Source of the DNA: Bacteroidales bacterium UBA1769
Lineage (GTDB): Bacteria > Bacteroidota > Bacteroidia > Bacteroidales > UBA932
Length of the DNA stretch: 59,208 bases
NCBI GenBank assembly: GCA_002314725.1
Contig: DCGV01000093.1
Location: forward strand, 5,144-64,351
Reading direction: 5' to 3'
Part shown: in pieces, positions 10,456 through 20,519 of the stretch
Numbering within the stretch: position 1 is the first letter of the stretch
Layout: every line of letters starts with the position of its first letter
Notes under the pieces: generated by a model
The model's input: the letters and a program-made list of their open reading frames with translations, nothing else
Told to the model about the DNA's origin: nothing
The model's database searches: none
Translations under genes and position numbers: made by a program

Positions 10456-11415
10456 ATGAACGGAAAGAAAGTAGTAGTAGCAGGTGGCGGTGTATTAGGT
10501 AGCCAGATTGCATTCCAAGCAGCTTATTGCGGATTTGACGTAACTATTTGGCTAAGAAGCCAAGGCAGTATCGGAAGAACTCAACCAAAGATTGACAAGG
10601 TAAAACAATCATATATAGATGCCATTGAAGCAATGGCTGGTCCAGATGCGATGAATCAATGGTGTGCAGGTATTGCTGACCCTGTAACTTTCGACAAGGA
10701 GAAATGTCTTGCACAAGTTGAGAAAGCATATCAGATGAAGCTAGAACTGGACATGGCAAAAGCTGTAAAAGATGCTGACATTATAATAGAATCAGTTGCT
10801 GAAAACACCCAGGAGAAGATTGCTTTCTATAAAGCTCTAGCACCGCTGATGTCAGAAAAGACCATCCTTGTCACCAATTCCTCTACAATGTTGCCTTCTA
10901 CATTTGCGAAATATACAGGTAGAGCAGACAAATATCTTTCCCTACACTTCGCAAATGCCATTTGGAAAAATAATACAGCAGAGGTTATGTCACAACCTCA
11001 GACAAGTCAGGAAGCATTTGATGAAGTCATGCAATTCGCAAATGAAATCCGTATGATTGGTCTCCCACTAAAAAAAGAGAAATCAGGATATCTTCTTAAC
11101 TCTATGTTAGTTCCTTTCCTTCTTTCTGGATTGGATTTGTATGTTAACGGCATCAGTGATCCAGCAAGCATTGACAAAGCTTGGAGTCGTGGCACCGGAG
11201 CTCCTCGTGGACCTTTCCAAATCTTCGACGTAGTAGGTATTACAACTGCATACAATATAGTTCTTCAGTATCAGAAAGTTCCTGGACTACTCTCCCCTCT
11301 TTTGAAGAAGATGATGATGCCTTACAACTTCAAAGGCATGGAATCAATCCTGAAAAAGATGATAGACGAGGGCAAACTTGGAAAATCTGCAGGAGAAGGT
11401 TTTTATAAATATTAG
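10456..11415 (+). CDS. 3-hydroxyacyl-CoA (3-hydroxybutyryl-CoA) dehydrogenase family protein
   Basis: Rossmann motif VVVAGGGVLGSQIA near the N-terminus. Family-typical central and C-terminal domains are present. Confidence 0.8.
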   Translation: MNGKKVVVAGGGVLGSQIAFQAAYCGFDVTIWLRSQGSIGRTQPKIDKVKQSYIDAIEAMAGPDAMNQWCAGIADPVTFDKEKCLAQVEKAYQMKLELDMAKAVKDADIIIESVAENTQEKIAFYKALAPLMSEKTILVTNSSTMLPSTFAKYTGRADKYLSLHFANAIWKNNTAEVMSQPQTSQEAFDEVMQFANEIRMIGLPLKKEKSGYLLNSMLVPFLLSGLDLYVNGISDPASIDKAWSRGTGAPRGPFQIFDVVGITTAYNIVLQYQKVPGLLSPLLKKMMMPYNFKGMESILKKMIDEGKLGKSAGEGFYKY

Positions 11416-11419
11416 AATA

Positions 11420-12307
11420 GTGGCAAATTTCAAATATTACATAAAGTCGGCAAGGTTGCGTACCTTGCCGCTTTCACTTTCCGGAATAATCATCGGTGTC
11501 TCGTTAGCTTCCAAAATCTCTGAGCCAGATGTTCTGACTGTATTGTTCACCTGTTTGACAACGTTATTTTTACAAATTTTATCCAACGTTTCCAATGAAT
11601 TGGGTGACCATCTTTTAGGAACAGATACAGAGGATCGTTTGGGCCCTCAATACTCTGCAGGGAATCTTTCCATTGCAGAATTAAAGAGAATGATTGTCGC
11701 AAATATCATTCTATCATCAGCGAGTGGTTTAACAATGATATGGTCAGCTTTTGGAAGCCTATTCTGTATCAAATCATTGATTTTCATATTGCTCGGCGCA
11801 TGCGCAATAGTAGCAGCCATTAAATATACTTTAGGCAAAAATCCATATGGATACAGGGCAAAAGGAGATCTGTTTGTATTTATATTCTTCGGTCTTGTTC
11901 CTGTTCTTGGATCATACTATATCGCTTCAGAAACATTACCGACATTATTATCAATACTCCCGGCAGCAGCAATCGGATTCTTCAGCATAGGTGTTCTGAA
12001 TATCAACAACATAAGGGATATTGTAACAGATGCGAATACCAGAGTCACGACAGCCATTAAATTTGGAGAAAACAATGCAAAAATATACCAGATAATACTA
12101 GTGACTCTAGGATGGATTTGTCTGTTTGTATATACCTATTACAGCTCTGTTGATTGGAAATCATATATTATTTTGATAACGTTTCCGATTTACATTATCA
12201 ATACATACCAGGTATATCGCAGAAGCGGAAGATCGTTAGATGCGATGTTGCCAATGTTGGTAATGACAACATTCCTTTTGTCAATACTTTTCGCTATTTT
12301 CAATTAG
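11420..12307 (+). CDS. menA: 1,4-dihydroxy-2-naphthoate polyprenyltransferase (UbiA superfamily)
   Basis: N-terminal ARLRTLPLS motif, Asp-rich NELGD motif and a multi-TM profile. The start is ambiguous: GTG 11420 avoids overlap, while ATG 11378 overlaps the upstream gene by 38 nt. Confidence 0.75.
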   Translation: MANFKYYIKSARLRTLPLSLSGIIIGVSLASKISEPDVLTVLFTCLTTLFLQILSNVSNELGDHLLGTDTEDRLGPQYSAGNLSIAELKRMIVANIILSSASGLTMIWSAFGSLFCIKSLIFILLGACAIVAAIKYTLGKNPYGYRAKGDLFVFIFFGLVPVLGSYYIASETLPTLLSILPAAAIGFFSIGVLNINNIRDIVTDANTRVTTAIKFGENNAKIYQIILVTLGWICLFVYTYYSSVDWKSYIILITFPIYIINTYQVYRRSGRSLDAMLPMLVMTTFLLSILFAIFN

Positions 12308-13318
12308 GTATTCAATCACTCTCTCTTGAGGATTGAAAGGTTTGAGATCATCCAGACACATTGCCATTACGGCAGTGTGAATCATCTCATCTTCAGACAA
12401 CACATTGCTGTTATTTGAGAAATATTTGCCTGCGTCTAAAAGAACACGTTTTGGAACCAGCCCGATGATCTCTGTACCTGTCACTTTTAAACCACGTGCC
12501 TCAGCTTTCCTGCATACTTCCTCATAAGCTTTATGAAGAGGAGTTACATTGATATCTGTAATATTCATCGATACCTGAGCAATACCATACTCTTCGATAT
12601 ACCAGCCAATAGCTTTGCACCCTTTTAAAGTACCTGGAATCCAACTACTCTTACCAGAAGATTGGATCTTGCGCCCCCTCTCCCTCACATCGCATGCAAC
12701 ATCCATGGCACTGCTTACAGATTTAGTATTGAGATTAAAATTGACAGCAATAAGATAATCCCTTGCTCCGACATTGGATGCGCCCACCCGTGCAATGGTA
12801 TCGTTATATGATTCGGGGCCGAAATCAGGTTTTCTATCTGGATCAGCTATCTTTTCGGGAAGTGATTCATATTCTCCACTACGACATACTTCAAGTCTCT
12901 TCCGTTCGGGTTTGAAGGCAGCCATCTCATAACAATAACATGCGATACCCAGCTCTTCATACATTCTCTTTGCCAGGTTTCTTGCCAATTCTGCGCACTC
13001 TTGAAGCGTTATGCCATCAATAGGGATAAGTGGAAGCACGTCTGTCGACCCACTGCGTGGGTGTTCTCCATGATGGTTTCTCATATCAATCAATTCTGAA
13101 GCAGCCTTTGCACCTTGAAAAGCAGCTTCCAATACCACTTCTGGTTCTCCAACGAAGGTAACAACAGTTCTATTTGTTGCATAGCCAGGATCCACATTAA
13201 GGACCTTTACTCTTTTTCCATCTATAGCAGCGCTGGAGATGGCTTCAACTATTCCGTTAATTACATTGTTATTACGTCCTTCGCTATAATTCGGAACACA
13301 TTCAATGATTTTAGACAT
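12281..13318 (-). CDS. ftcD: glutamate formimidoyltransferase
   Basis: N-terminus MSKIIECVPNYSEGR is the signature start of the formiminotransferase domain. 345 aa. Confidence 0.85.
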   Translation of the reverse strand: MSKIIECVPNYSEGRNNNVINGIVEAISSAAIDGKRVKVLNVDPGYATNRTVVTFVGEPEVVLEAAFQGAKAASELIDMRNHHGEHPRSGSTDVLPLIPIDGITLQECAELARNLAKRMYEELGIACYCYEMAAFKPERKRLEVCRSGEYESLPEKIADPDRKPDFGPESYNDTIARVGASNVGARDYLIAVNFNLNTKSVSSAMDVACDVRERGRKIQSSGKSSWIPGTLKGCKAIGWYIEEYGIAQVSMNITDINVTPLHKAYEEVCRKAEARGLKVTGTEIIGLVPKRVLLDAGKYFSNNSNVLSEDEMIHTAVMAMCLDDLKPFNPQERVIEYLIENSEKY

Positions 13319-13393
13319 ATATCACTCGTATTATCACAGATATAAAGGTACTATTTTACAAATACACTGCAAATAACAAAAGAGAAAATAATG

Positions 13394-13401
13394 TAACTTT
13401 G
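13394..13401 (+). promoter_or_regulatory. -7 promoter box TAACTTTG immediately upstream of the feoB-like gene
   Basis: Exact TAnnTTTG match ending 2 nt before the ATG at 13403. This implies a leaderless or very short-leader mRNA, possibly starting at the ATG at 13409. Confidence 0.4.
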
Positions 13402-13402
13402 C

Positions 13403-15409
13403 ATGATAATGAATTGTAACGGTAATTGTCAAGAGTGCATTGAAAGATGCAAAAATTACAAAGAACCGAAATGTATCAACGTCAGTATTGTCGGTTCTAC
13501 CGGAGATTTCTCACAGATGAAATTCTCCAGTAACCGAATTGCCCTTATCAGAAGCAAAGATTACCTGATACGATTTTATGATCTTACAGGCACAGACAAA
13601 CACGTTGGGTTACAAATCATTGATACAAATCCTGATATAGTTGTCAACACTATAGATTCCAACAATCTGGAGGACAGTTTAAGAATCACAACACGACTGA
13701 TTGACCTTGATTCGAAGGTAATAATGGCCTTGACCAATTATGACGACTACCTTCAAACGAATCACTCAATAGATTTTCAAACACTTGGCAAATTGTTCAG
13801 TTTCCCTGTCACAACTTTTGACAATAGTTATGAGAGTCTGAACAAATTGATATCCACAATCGTTGAAGTCTACGAAACCCCATTTAATAAAAAACGTCAT
13901 ATACACGTACATTATGGTCAGGATATAGATAAAGCGATAGATGAGATAACTCCATTAATATCTTCTATACCAGAATTAAATAAATATCATGACAGATATC
14001 TGGCAGTCAGGCTTCTTGAAGACCAGGAGTATATTCAGCCACTTTATGAAGATAAAACAAGTTCAAAGGAGTTGATCTCTATTACCGCGAAAATATCCAA
14101 AGATCTTAGCAGAAACCTTGGTGCACCGATAGATGTCCTTATTCGCAACGCCCGTCACGGATATATCCACGGTGCCTTACAAGAGTCTATTCTTCACTCA
14201 AACGATAATTCCGACCATACCATCCTTCAGAAAATAGACTCTATCCTAACAAGTAAATGGTTAGGATTCCCATTGATGTTCATTATTCTCTTCGGCATAT
14301 TTGAAGCGACATTCACACTTGGGGCCTATCCTCAAAAATGGATTGAAAATGGTATTGATTCAATAATCACTCTATTGTCAACCACTTTAAATCAGGGGTG
14401 GATATCAAACCTACTGATAAATGGCATAATACAAGGTGTTGGAGCTGTCCTGGCATTTCTTCCCAACATCATCATTCTATTTTTCTTCCTGTCTCTGCTG
14501 GAAGACTCTGGATATATGGCAAGAGCGGCTTATCTTATGGATAAAATAATGCATAGGATAGGGCTACACGGTAACTCTTTTGTTCCTATGTTGATAGGAT
14601 TTGGATGTAATGTACCTGCCATTATGGCCGCACGATCCATAGATGACAAAAAGGATAAAATACTCACTATGTTGATGATTCCTTTCATGTCATGTTCCGC
14701 AAGACTACCTGTGTATCTCCTCTTTGTATCAGCCTTTTTTGCCAAACAAAAGGCACTGGTGATGATATCAATCTATCTTGCCGGTATCCTTCTGGCAATT
14801 TTATTTGCATTCTTCATGAAAAAGACAAACTTTTTCAAAAAGAATGAAAATGAAGATTACGTATCTGAATTACCACCTTTCCGCAGGCCAACTTGGAGAA
14901 ACAGTGGTAAACATATTTGGGAGAGAGTGTCCGATTATCTAAAAAAAATATCAACGGTAATTCTCGCCGCTTCAGTCATAATTTGGGCATTGGAATACTT
15001 CCCTGCCGATAAAACAAATAACGGCATCAACAAAGAGGAATCACACCTGGCTATGATTGGGAAAACAATTGAACCAGTAATGAAACCTTTGGGATTTGAT
15101 TGGAAGATGAATGTATGCCTACTTACCGGCCTGCCTGCTAAAGAGGCAATCGTCAGTACAATGGGTATTCTGTACCACACTGAAGATGAGACATCGTTGA
15201 CAGAGGCTTTGCAGACAAATGGAGGTGTGACAGCGGCTGAAGCAATGGCTTTTATGATATTCGTCCTTCTCTATTTCCCATGCATTGCTACAATCGCAAC
15301 TCTCAACCGTGAAATAGGAAAGAAATGGGCCATCTTCAGTGTAGTTAACTCGCTGATTCTGGCATGGGTTATGGCTTTTATCGTTTTCCAGATCGGATCT
15401 CTGCTATAG
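13403..15409 (+). CDS. feoB: FeoB-like ferrous-iron permease with degenerate G domain
   Basis: The membrane domain is clearly FeoB (FLSLLEDSGYMARAAYLMD, GFGCNVPAIMAAR, IPFMSCSARLP, LLYFPCIAT). The N-terminal G-domain remnant lacks GxxxxGK[ST], reading VGSTGDFSQ. Confidence 0.85.
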   Translation: MIMNCNGNCQECIERCKNYKEPKCINVSIVGSTGDFSQMKFSSNRIALIRSKDYLIRFYDLTGTDKHVGLQIIDTNPDIVVNTIDSNNLEDSLRITTRLIDLDSKVIMALTNYDDYLQTNHSIDFQTLGKLFSFPVTTFDNSYESLNKLISTIVEVYETPFNKKRHIHVHYGQDIDKAIDEITPLISSIPELNKYHDRYLAVRLLEDQEYIQPLYEDKTSSKELISITAKISKDLSRNLGAPIDVLIRNARHGYIHGALQESILHSNDNSDHTILQKIDSILTSKWLGFPLMFIILFGIFEATFTLGAYPQKWIENGIDSIITLLSTTLNQGWISNLLINGIIQGVGAVLAFLPNIIILFFFLSLLEDSGYMARAAYLMDKIMHRIGLHGNSFVPMLIGFGCNVPAIMAARSIDDKKDKILTMLMIPFMSCSARLPVYLLFVSAFFAKQKALVMISIYLAGILLAILFAFFMKKTNFFKKNENEDYVSELPPFRRPTWRNSGKHIWERVSDYLKKISTVILAASVIIWALEYFPADKTNNGINKEESHLAMIGKTIEPVMKPLGFDWKMNVCLLTGLPAKEAIVSTMGILYHTEDETSLTEALQTNGGVTAAEAMAFMIFVLLYFPCIATIATLNREIGKKWAIFSVVNSLILAWVMAFIVFQIGSLL

Positions 15410-16420
15410 AGCCCCCAACAAAACATCGATATCTTCACTCTTTGTTGCCCAACTTGTAACAAATCTAACTCGACTGCTTTCAGCACCACGTGGTCCCCAG
15501 AATTCGAATGTAGCAACGCTCTGTAGTTTATCGATCACTATATTAGGGAGATCGAAGAATTGTTGATTAGTTGGAGAATCGATGAATGGTTTGTATCCCA
15601 TCTTAACAAATCCCTCCTTCAATCTCATTGCCAGCGTAATCGCTGATGCAGTGGCCTTAAAATATAAATCATCTGTAAAAAGGGCCTGATATTGCACGCC
15701 AAGAAGTCTTCCTTTAGCAAGGAGGGCTCCATGTTGTTTAATAAGTGGAAGGAAGTGATTAAGCAATCCACTCTTTGCGACAACAGCTTCGCCAAACATA
15801 GCCCCACATTTTGTACCCCCGATATAGAATACATCTACCAATTGTGCAATTTCAGCAAGAGTGATATCAGATGCAGCCAATCCATATCCTAGACGAGCTC
15901 CGTCCAAAAAGAGTTTTATTCCATTTTCATGACAGATTCTACTCAACTCTTTCAATTCATCTTTTGAATACAAAGTACCATATTCTGAAGGGAAAGAAAT
16001 ATAAAGCATACCAGGAGCCACCATATGTTCGTAAGTATCATCTGCATAGAAATTCTTAATAAAATCTTCTACATCTTTAGGTGACACCTTACCTTGATAT
16101 GATGGTAGTGTAAGAACCTTATGACCAGTAGCTTCGATAGCGCCTGATTCATGTACGTTGATATGGCCTGTTTCGGCTGATAGGACACCCTCATGATGTC
16201 CAAGTACTGCATCTATTATTGTGCTGTTGGTTTGAGTACCTCCTACTAAGAACCAGACATCAAGCGATGGGTCCCCACATGCATTTCTGATTAGATCTTT
16301 AGCCTTAGCGCAATATTCATCACTGCCATAACCGGGGGTCATTTCTAAATTTGTCTTTACAAGTGCTTCTATCACCTCTGGAAGAGCACCTGCCATGTAA
16401 TCTGTGTCAAAATGTACCAT
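15404..16420 (-). CDS. low-specificity threonine aldolase / beta-eliminating lyase family (PLP)
   Basis: 338 aa. N-terminus FDTDYMAGALPEV and the GGTKCG PLP-lysine context are typical of the threonine aldolase family. Confidence 0.75.
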   Translation of the reverse strand: MVHFDTDYMAGALPEVIEALVKTNLEMTPGYGSDEYCAKAKDLIRNACGDPSLDVWFLVGGTQTNSTIIDAVLGHHEGVLSAETGHINVHESGAIEATGHKVLTLPSYQGKVSPKDVEDFIKNFYADDTYEHMVAPGMLYISFPSEYGTLYSKDELKELSRICHENGIKLFLDGARLGYGLAASDITLAEIAQLVDVFYIGGTKCGAMFGEAVVAKSGLLNHFLPLIKQHGALLAKGRLLGVQYQALFTDDLYFKATASAITLAMRLKEGFVKMGYKPFIDSPTNQQFFDLPNIVIDKLQSVATFEFWGPRGAESSRVRFVTSWATKSEDIDVLLGAL

Positions 16421-16425
16421 GATTG

Positions 16426-18078
16426 TTATCCGATAAAACTCCTGATAAGTGAAGTCTTTGGAACTTCTCTATCAGAGACTGGAGTAAAATAGCTTAAAAA
16501 ATGTAATAGTCTGTATGCCTCTGAATACTCACGGCAATTCTTTGGAACTGTCCTTAAAATAGTTTCAGCATGTGGACGCATAACAGCGAATTCAATCAGA
16601 TAGACAGAATTAAACATAACATCAGCGCTCTCTTGGTAAGGATAGATCCACTTTACCTCATTCCTACGAACCATTGGCCAGTTCTTGATACTCTCTCTAG
16701 CCGAGAAGGATCCATTGTTAAAATCACGTACAATCCTACGTAATAATCTGTTATCACTTGTAGGAATACAATTGTGATTATCTAAAGATATGCTGGTTAT
16801 CGTATTGATGAAAATTCTGAATTTTTTAAACTCTTCTATCTTGTCTGTCAACTGTGGATTCAAGGCATGGATACCCTCAATCAACAATATACAATCCTTT
16901 TCCAATTTAAGAGTCTTGCCATTATACTCTCTAATACCTGTAACAAAGTTAAATTCAGGAACTTGAACGGTTTCTCCATCAAGCAACTTCAAAACATCAG
17001 CTTGAAGTGCATCATGATCGACTGTTTCAAAGTTATCAAAATCATAACTACCGTCAGGTAATTTTGGGGTCTCAACCCGGTTTACAAAGTAATCATCCGT
17101 TGAGAAAGATAGAGGATGTAGTCCACAAGCCTTGAGTTGAACACTCAGACGTTTACAAAAAGTGGACTTTCCACTGCTGGACGGTCCAGTAATAAGAACA
17201 ATCTTCACTGGATTAGCAGCACGAAAACGAGTATTAATCTCCTCTGCAATCTGAACAATCTTCTTCTCTTGAAGAGCCTCTGCAACCTGAATCAAATCAG
17301 ACGCATTGCCATTTTCGATTGCTTTATTGACATCACCAACCGTCTCCAATCCCATTATTTCGTTCCATTTAACATTTTCAGATAGTACACCAAATGTTTT
17401 GGGTTGATCCAAGAATGGAGCTAGGCGTTCAGGATGGTGTCTGTCAGGTACTCTTAACAAAAGACCTGTCTGGTATTGACTTAAATCCCAAACCTTCAAA
17501 TATCCTGATGATGGAACTAGTTCATCGTAAAAATAATCTGCGGTGTCACCTAAAGTATAATATGAGATATAAACCTGTCCAGAAGTTTCTAAAAGTTTAA
17601 CTTTATCATCGTAACCTAGTTCTTTAAACTTTTCTATTGCCTCTTCTATCCTTACTTCATGTCTTCTAAAGGACAAATCCTCACCTACCAGTTCATTCAT
17701 ACGGCACCTTATGGCCTTAACGTCATCTTGATTGACAGGTGATTTATCCTCTTTCTCAATTGAGCAGTAATAACCTTTGGCAATGGGTCTGCGAAGCATT
17801 ATCTCACTATTCGGAAGTATATCATGTATCGCTTTACACAAAAGGAAACAGAGAGATCTGCAATAGAAATCGCGACCTATATAAGCTGTATAATCTAGGA
17901 ATTCGACCTCTCGACTATTATAGATTCTATACTTCAATCCTTGAGCTACATTATTGACTTTTGCAGCAAGTATTGGATAAGGTTTTTCAAATTCAAATTG
18001 ATCAACTATATCAAGGAGTGATGTTCCCTCTTCAAAATCTCTATATGAGTTTGTGTTTTTACAAAATACTTTTATCAT
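16426..18078 (-). CDS. uridine-kinase-family nucleoside kinase with N-terminal TGS/ThrRS-like domain
   Basis: P-loop ITGPSSSGKSTF lies in the C-terminal half. A ~270-aa N-terminal extension precedes it. Confidence 0.7.
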   Translation of the reverse strand: MIKVFCKNTNSYRDFEEGTSLLDIVDQFEFEKPYPILAAKVNNVAQGLKYRIYNSREVEFLDYTAYIGRDFYCRSLCFLLCKAIHDILPNSEIMLRRPIAKGYYCSIEKEDKSPVNQDDVKAIRCRMNELVGEDLSFRRHEVRIEEAIEKFKELGYDDKVKLLETSGQVYISYYTLGDTADYFYDELVPSSGYLKVWDLSQYQTGLLLRVPDRHHPERLAPFLDQPKTFGVLSENVKWNEIMGLETVGDVNKAIENGNASDLIQVAEALQEKKIVQIAEEINTRFRAANPVKIVLITGPSSSGKSTFCKRLSVQLKACGLHPLSFSTDDYFVNRVETPKLPDGSYDFDNFETVDHDALQADVLKLLDGETVQVPEFNFVTGIREYNGKTLKLEKDCILLIEGIHALNPQLTDKIEEFKKFRIFINTITSISLDNHNCIPTSDNRLLRRIVRDFNNGSFSARESIKNWPMVRRNEVKWIYPYQESADVMFNSVYLIEFAVMRPHAETILRTVPKNCREYSEAYRLLHFLSYFTPVSDREVPKTSLIRSFIG

Positions 18079-18096
18079 ATTCTGAACATTTCAGGA

Positions 18097-18897
18097 TTAT
18101 TCAAAATTTTTATATGGTACTTCAGGTATATTCTTACTAACTATAGCAGATAGTTTTTCAAGGTTCTCTTTAGAGTTGGCACCAATGAATGGAGTTGGCG
18201 TTTCATATTGCAATTTTCCACCATGAAGAGAGCAGCAACATCCACCTGCCTCTCTAAGAATCAGTGCCGCTGCGGCAAAGTCCCATGGCAATAGACGTAT
18301 TTCAAACAATAGCTCTCCACATCCCATTGCCAAATAACATATCTCCAAAGCACAGGATGCGAATCTTCTAAAATCACATACATCCTGATAGACCTCCTTC
18401 AATACATTCATACACAATGGGGCATATTGTTTCCTATAAAGACATAATGCTGTGAAATATAGACTATTCTCATATACTCGGTCAGACACATGGATTGGTT
18501 CTCCATTAAGGAAAGACCCCTTCCCTAATTCTGCGCTGAACATCATCTCTTTAAATGGATTATAAACGACACCCATAATCACCTCGCCATTGTGGGCAAG
18601 AGCAACACAAATAGATGACTCCCTTAATTGCCTGACAAAATTTGTCGTACCGTCAATAGGGTCGATTATCCATTCATATTCATGTCCGGGGTCGTATACA
18701 TTCTCTTCTTCGCATATAAACCCGCTTCCAGGAACCAATTTGGAGAGTTTCTCATACAGGAAATTCTGGATGGAGACATCCGCACTGGTAACGATGTTTG
18801 CGAACCCACCTTTGATGGTAACATCGTAATTCTGTTTCAATATCAGAGACGACTCTCTAACTATAGAAATTATATCTTGAAGTATATTCTCTTTCAT
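18097..18897 (-). CDS. inositol monophosphatase family protein
   Basis: Signature motifs WIIDPIDGTTNF and WDFAA. Confidence 0.85.
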   Translation of the reverse strand: MKENILQDIISIVRESSLILKQNYDVTIKGGFANIVTSADVSIQNFLYEKLSKLVPGSGFICEEENVYDPGHEYEWIIDPIDGTTNFVRQLRESSICVALAHNGEVIMGVVYNPFKEMMFSAELGKGSFLNGEPIHVSDRVYENSLYFTALCLYRKQYAPLCMNVLKEVYQDVCDFRRFASCALEICYLAMGCGELLFEIRLLPWDFAAAALILREAGGCCCSLHGGKLQYETPTPFIGANSKENLEKLSAIVSKNIPEVPYKNFE

Positions 18898-18898
18898 A

Positions 18899-20155
18899 TT
18901 AGTACTTCCCCAAACAATTATCTAAATCTTCAACAATCTTCTCTTTATCCATTTTTTGACCAATAAAGACTAGTTTGACCATACGGTCACCGTAGGTATC
19001 ATCCCAATCCTTTACAATAGATGGATCTTGTAACATCATCTGAATCAATTCTTCACGAGGAGCAGTAGCAAACCACTGTCCGCACTCCTTTATTTGCTTC
19101 TGGACACCAGCCTGTTCAAACATATATGACATATCGGGCTCATCTTCAAAATAACAAATACCCTTTGCACGGATAATGTTTTTAGGCCATTTTTTAGCTA
19201 CATAATGATCAAATTTATTTAAATCAAATGGATCTCTACGGTAATAAACAAACGTACCTATACCATACTCCTCCACTTCCCCTTCTCCATCATGATGATG
19301 GTGATGTTCGTGGTCATGATGATGTTCATGTTCATGTTTATGTTCGTGGTCGTCGTCATCGTCTTCATCATCGTCATGATGATGTCCGTGACTATGCGCT
19401 TCCTCCTCCTGAGACTCATCAACGGCTCCTTCAAGAGCCTTTACCCATCCAGCAGAGCCGGAAACTGAATCATATGAGAACAAATGAGTATCGAGAAGTA
19501 ACTCAAGTGGCACTCTTGAATAATCACACTCTATGATACGTGCATCAGGCTGCAGGTTCTTAATGATTTCACGCAATCGCCCCAACTGTTCAGGGGTCAC
19601 CTCAGACGCCTTGTTAATAACAACTATATTACAGAATTCAATCTGCTGAATCAGAAGATTTTCAATATCATCTTCATCAAGATTGTCTTTCTGAAGATCT
19701 TTACCGCAATCGAACTCACTCTCCATCCTCAATGCATCAACTACAGTGATTATTGAATCCAGTCGTGGAGTTCCATTTTTAGTGTATGTACCTTTTAATT
19801 GAGGGATGGAGCATATAGTTCTGGCAATCGGTTCAGGCTCACATATACCACTTGCCTCTATCACTATATAATCAAATTGATTTGTATCGATGATACCTGC
19901 AATCTGTTCAATCAGATCCATCTTCAATGTGCAACAGATGCAGCCGTTCTGTAGAGCGACTAGGCTTTCGTCTTTCTTACCGACGATACCTCCTTTCTGG
20001 ATTAAATCGGCATCGATATTAACCTCACCAATATCGTTGACAATAACTGCAAATTTGATACCCTGTTTATTGGTCAGTATATGATTAACCATTGTCGTCT
20101 TCCCACTGCCTAGGTATCCGGTAAGCAGCAGAACAGGAGTCTCTTTTCTATTCAT
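18899..20155 (-). CDS. COG0523/CobW-family metallochaperone GTPase with His/Asp-rich insert
   Basis: P-loop GYLGSGKTT and metal motif CICC. His-rich tract HSHGHHHDDDEDDDDDHEHKHEHEHHHDHEHHHHHD. Confidence 0.85.
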   Translation of the reverse strand: MNRKETPVLLLTGYLGSGKTTMVNHILTNKQGIKFAVIVNDIGEVNIDADLIQKGGIVGKKDESLVALQNGCICCTLKMDLIEQIAGIIDTNQFDYIVIEASGICEPEPIARTICSIPQLKGTYTKNGTPRLDSIITVVDALRMESEFDCGKDLQKDNLDEDDIENLLIQQIEFCNIVVINKASEVTPEQLGRLREIIKNLQPDARIIECDYSRVPLELLLDTHLFSYDSVSGSAGWVKALEGAVDESQEEEAHSHGHHHDDDEDDDDDHEHKHEHEHHHDHEHHHHHDGEGEVEEYGIGTFVYYRRDPFDLNKFDHYVAKKWPKNIIRAKGICYFEDEPDMSYMFEQAGVQKQIKECGQWFATAPREELIQMMLQDPSIVKDWDDTYGDRMVKLVFIGQKMDKEKIVEDLDNCLGKY

Positions 20156-20484
20156 TATTGTTCCGCAATAACTGCAATGAAATGAAGATCTTCATTGCTA
20201 TCATTAATTAATGTATGTTCGTGTCCTTTAGGGCAATATGTACTGCTATTTGCAGTAATAGTCGACCGTTCTCCATCCATGATGACACTACCCTGACCTG
20301 AAATGATATATATCACCTCACTATTTGTTTCATGCTTATGAAGACCTATCGATGCACCTGGAATAAGGGATGCCCTTAGAATCCTGACAGAACCATCGAA
20401 AAACATCTGTGCATTGATATACTTCTCCCCTCCCTTGAAATTATCAATGGGAGTCACCTCAATCTCATTATAATTAAATTCCAT
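20155..20484 (-). CDS. cupin domain protein (metal-binding motifs intact)
   Basis: Cupin motif 1 GASIGLHKHETNSEVIYIISGQG and motif 2 PKGHEHTLIN. The stop overlaps the COG0523 start. Confidence 0.75.
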   Translation of the reverse strand: MEFNYNEIEVTPIDNFKGGEKYINAQMFFDGSVRILRASLIPGASIGLHKHETNSEVIYIISGQGSVIMDGERSTITANSSTYCPKGHEHTLINDSNEDLHFIAVIAEQ

Positions 20485-20519
20485 ATTTATTAATCATTGA
20501 TGTAACAAAAAAAAACTTG

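Noticed and set aside
11378-11419. Longer MenA N-terminus starting at ATG 11378
   Set aside because: It would overlap the preceding dehydrogenase gene by 38 nt and add residues with no counterpart before the conserved ARLRTLP motif. GTG 11420 is preferred, but this remains uncertain.
19270-19400. Triplet-like DNA repeat considered as an independent repeat element
   Set aside because: It is simply the coding sequence of the His/Asp/Glu-rich tract of the COG0523 protein, in frame and with no interruption of the ORF.
20485-20519. Fur/Zur-type operator in front of the cupin-COG0523 genes (minus strand ...tcaatgattaataaat...)
   Set aside because: It has only partial resemblance to the proteobacterial Fur consensus and sits in an AT-rich 35-bp spacer. 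I do not know the Bacteroidota Zur motif, and there is no clear dyad.
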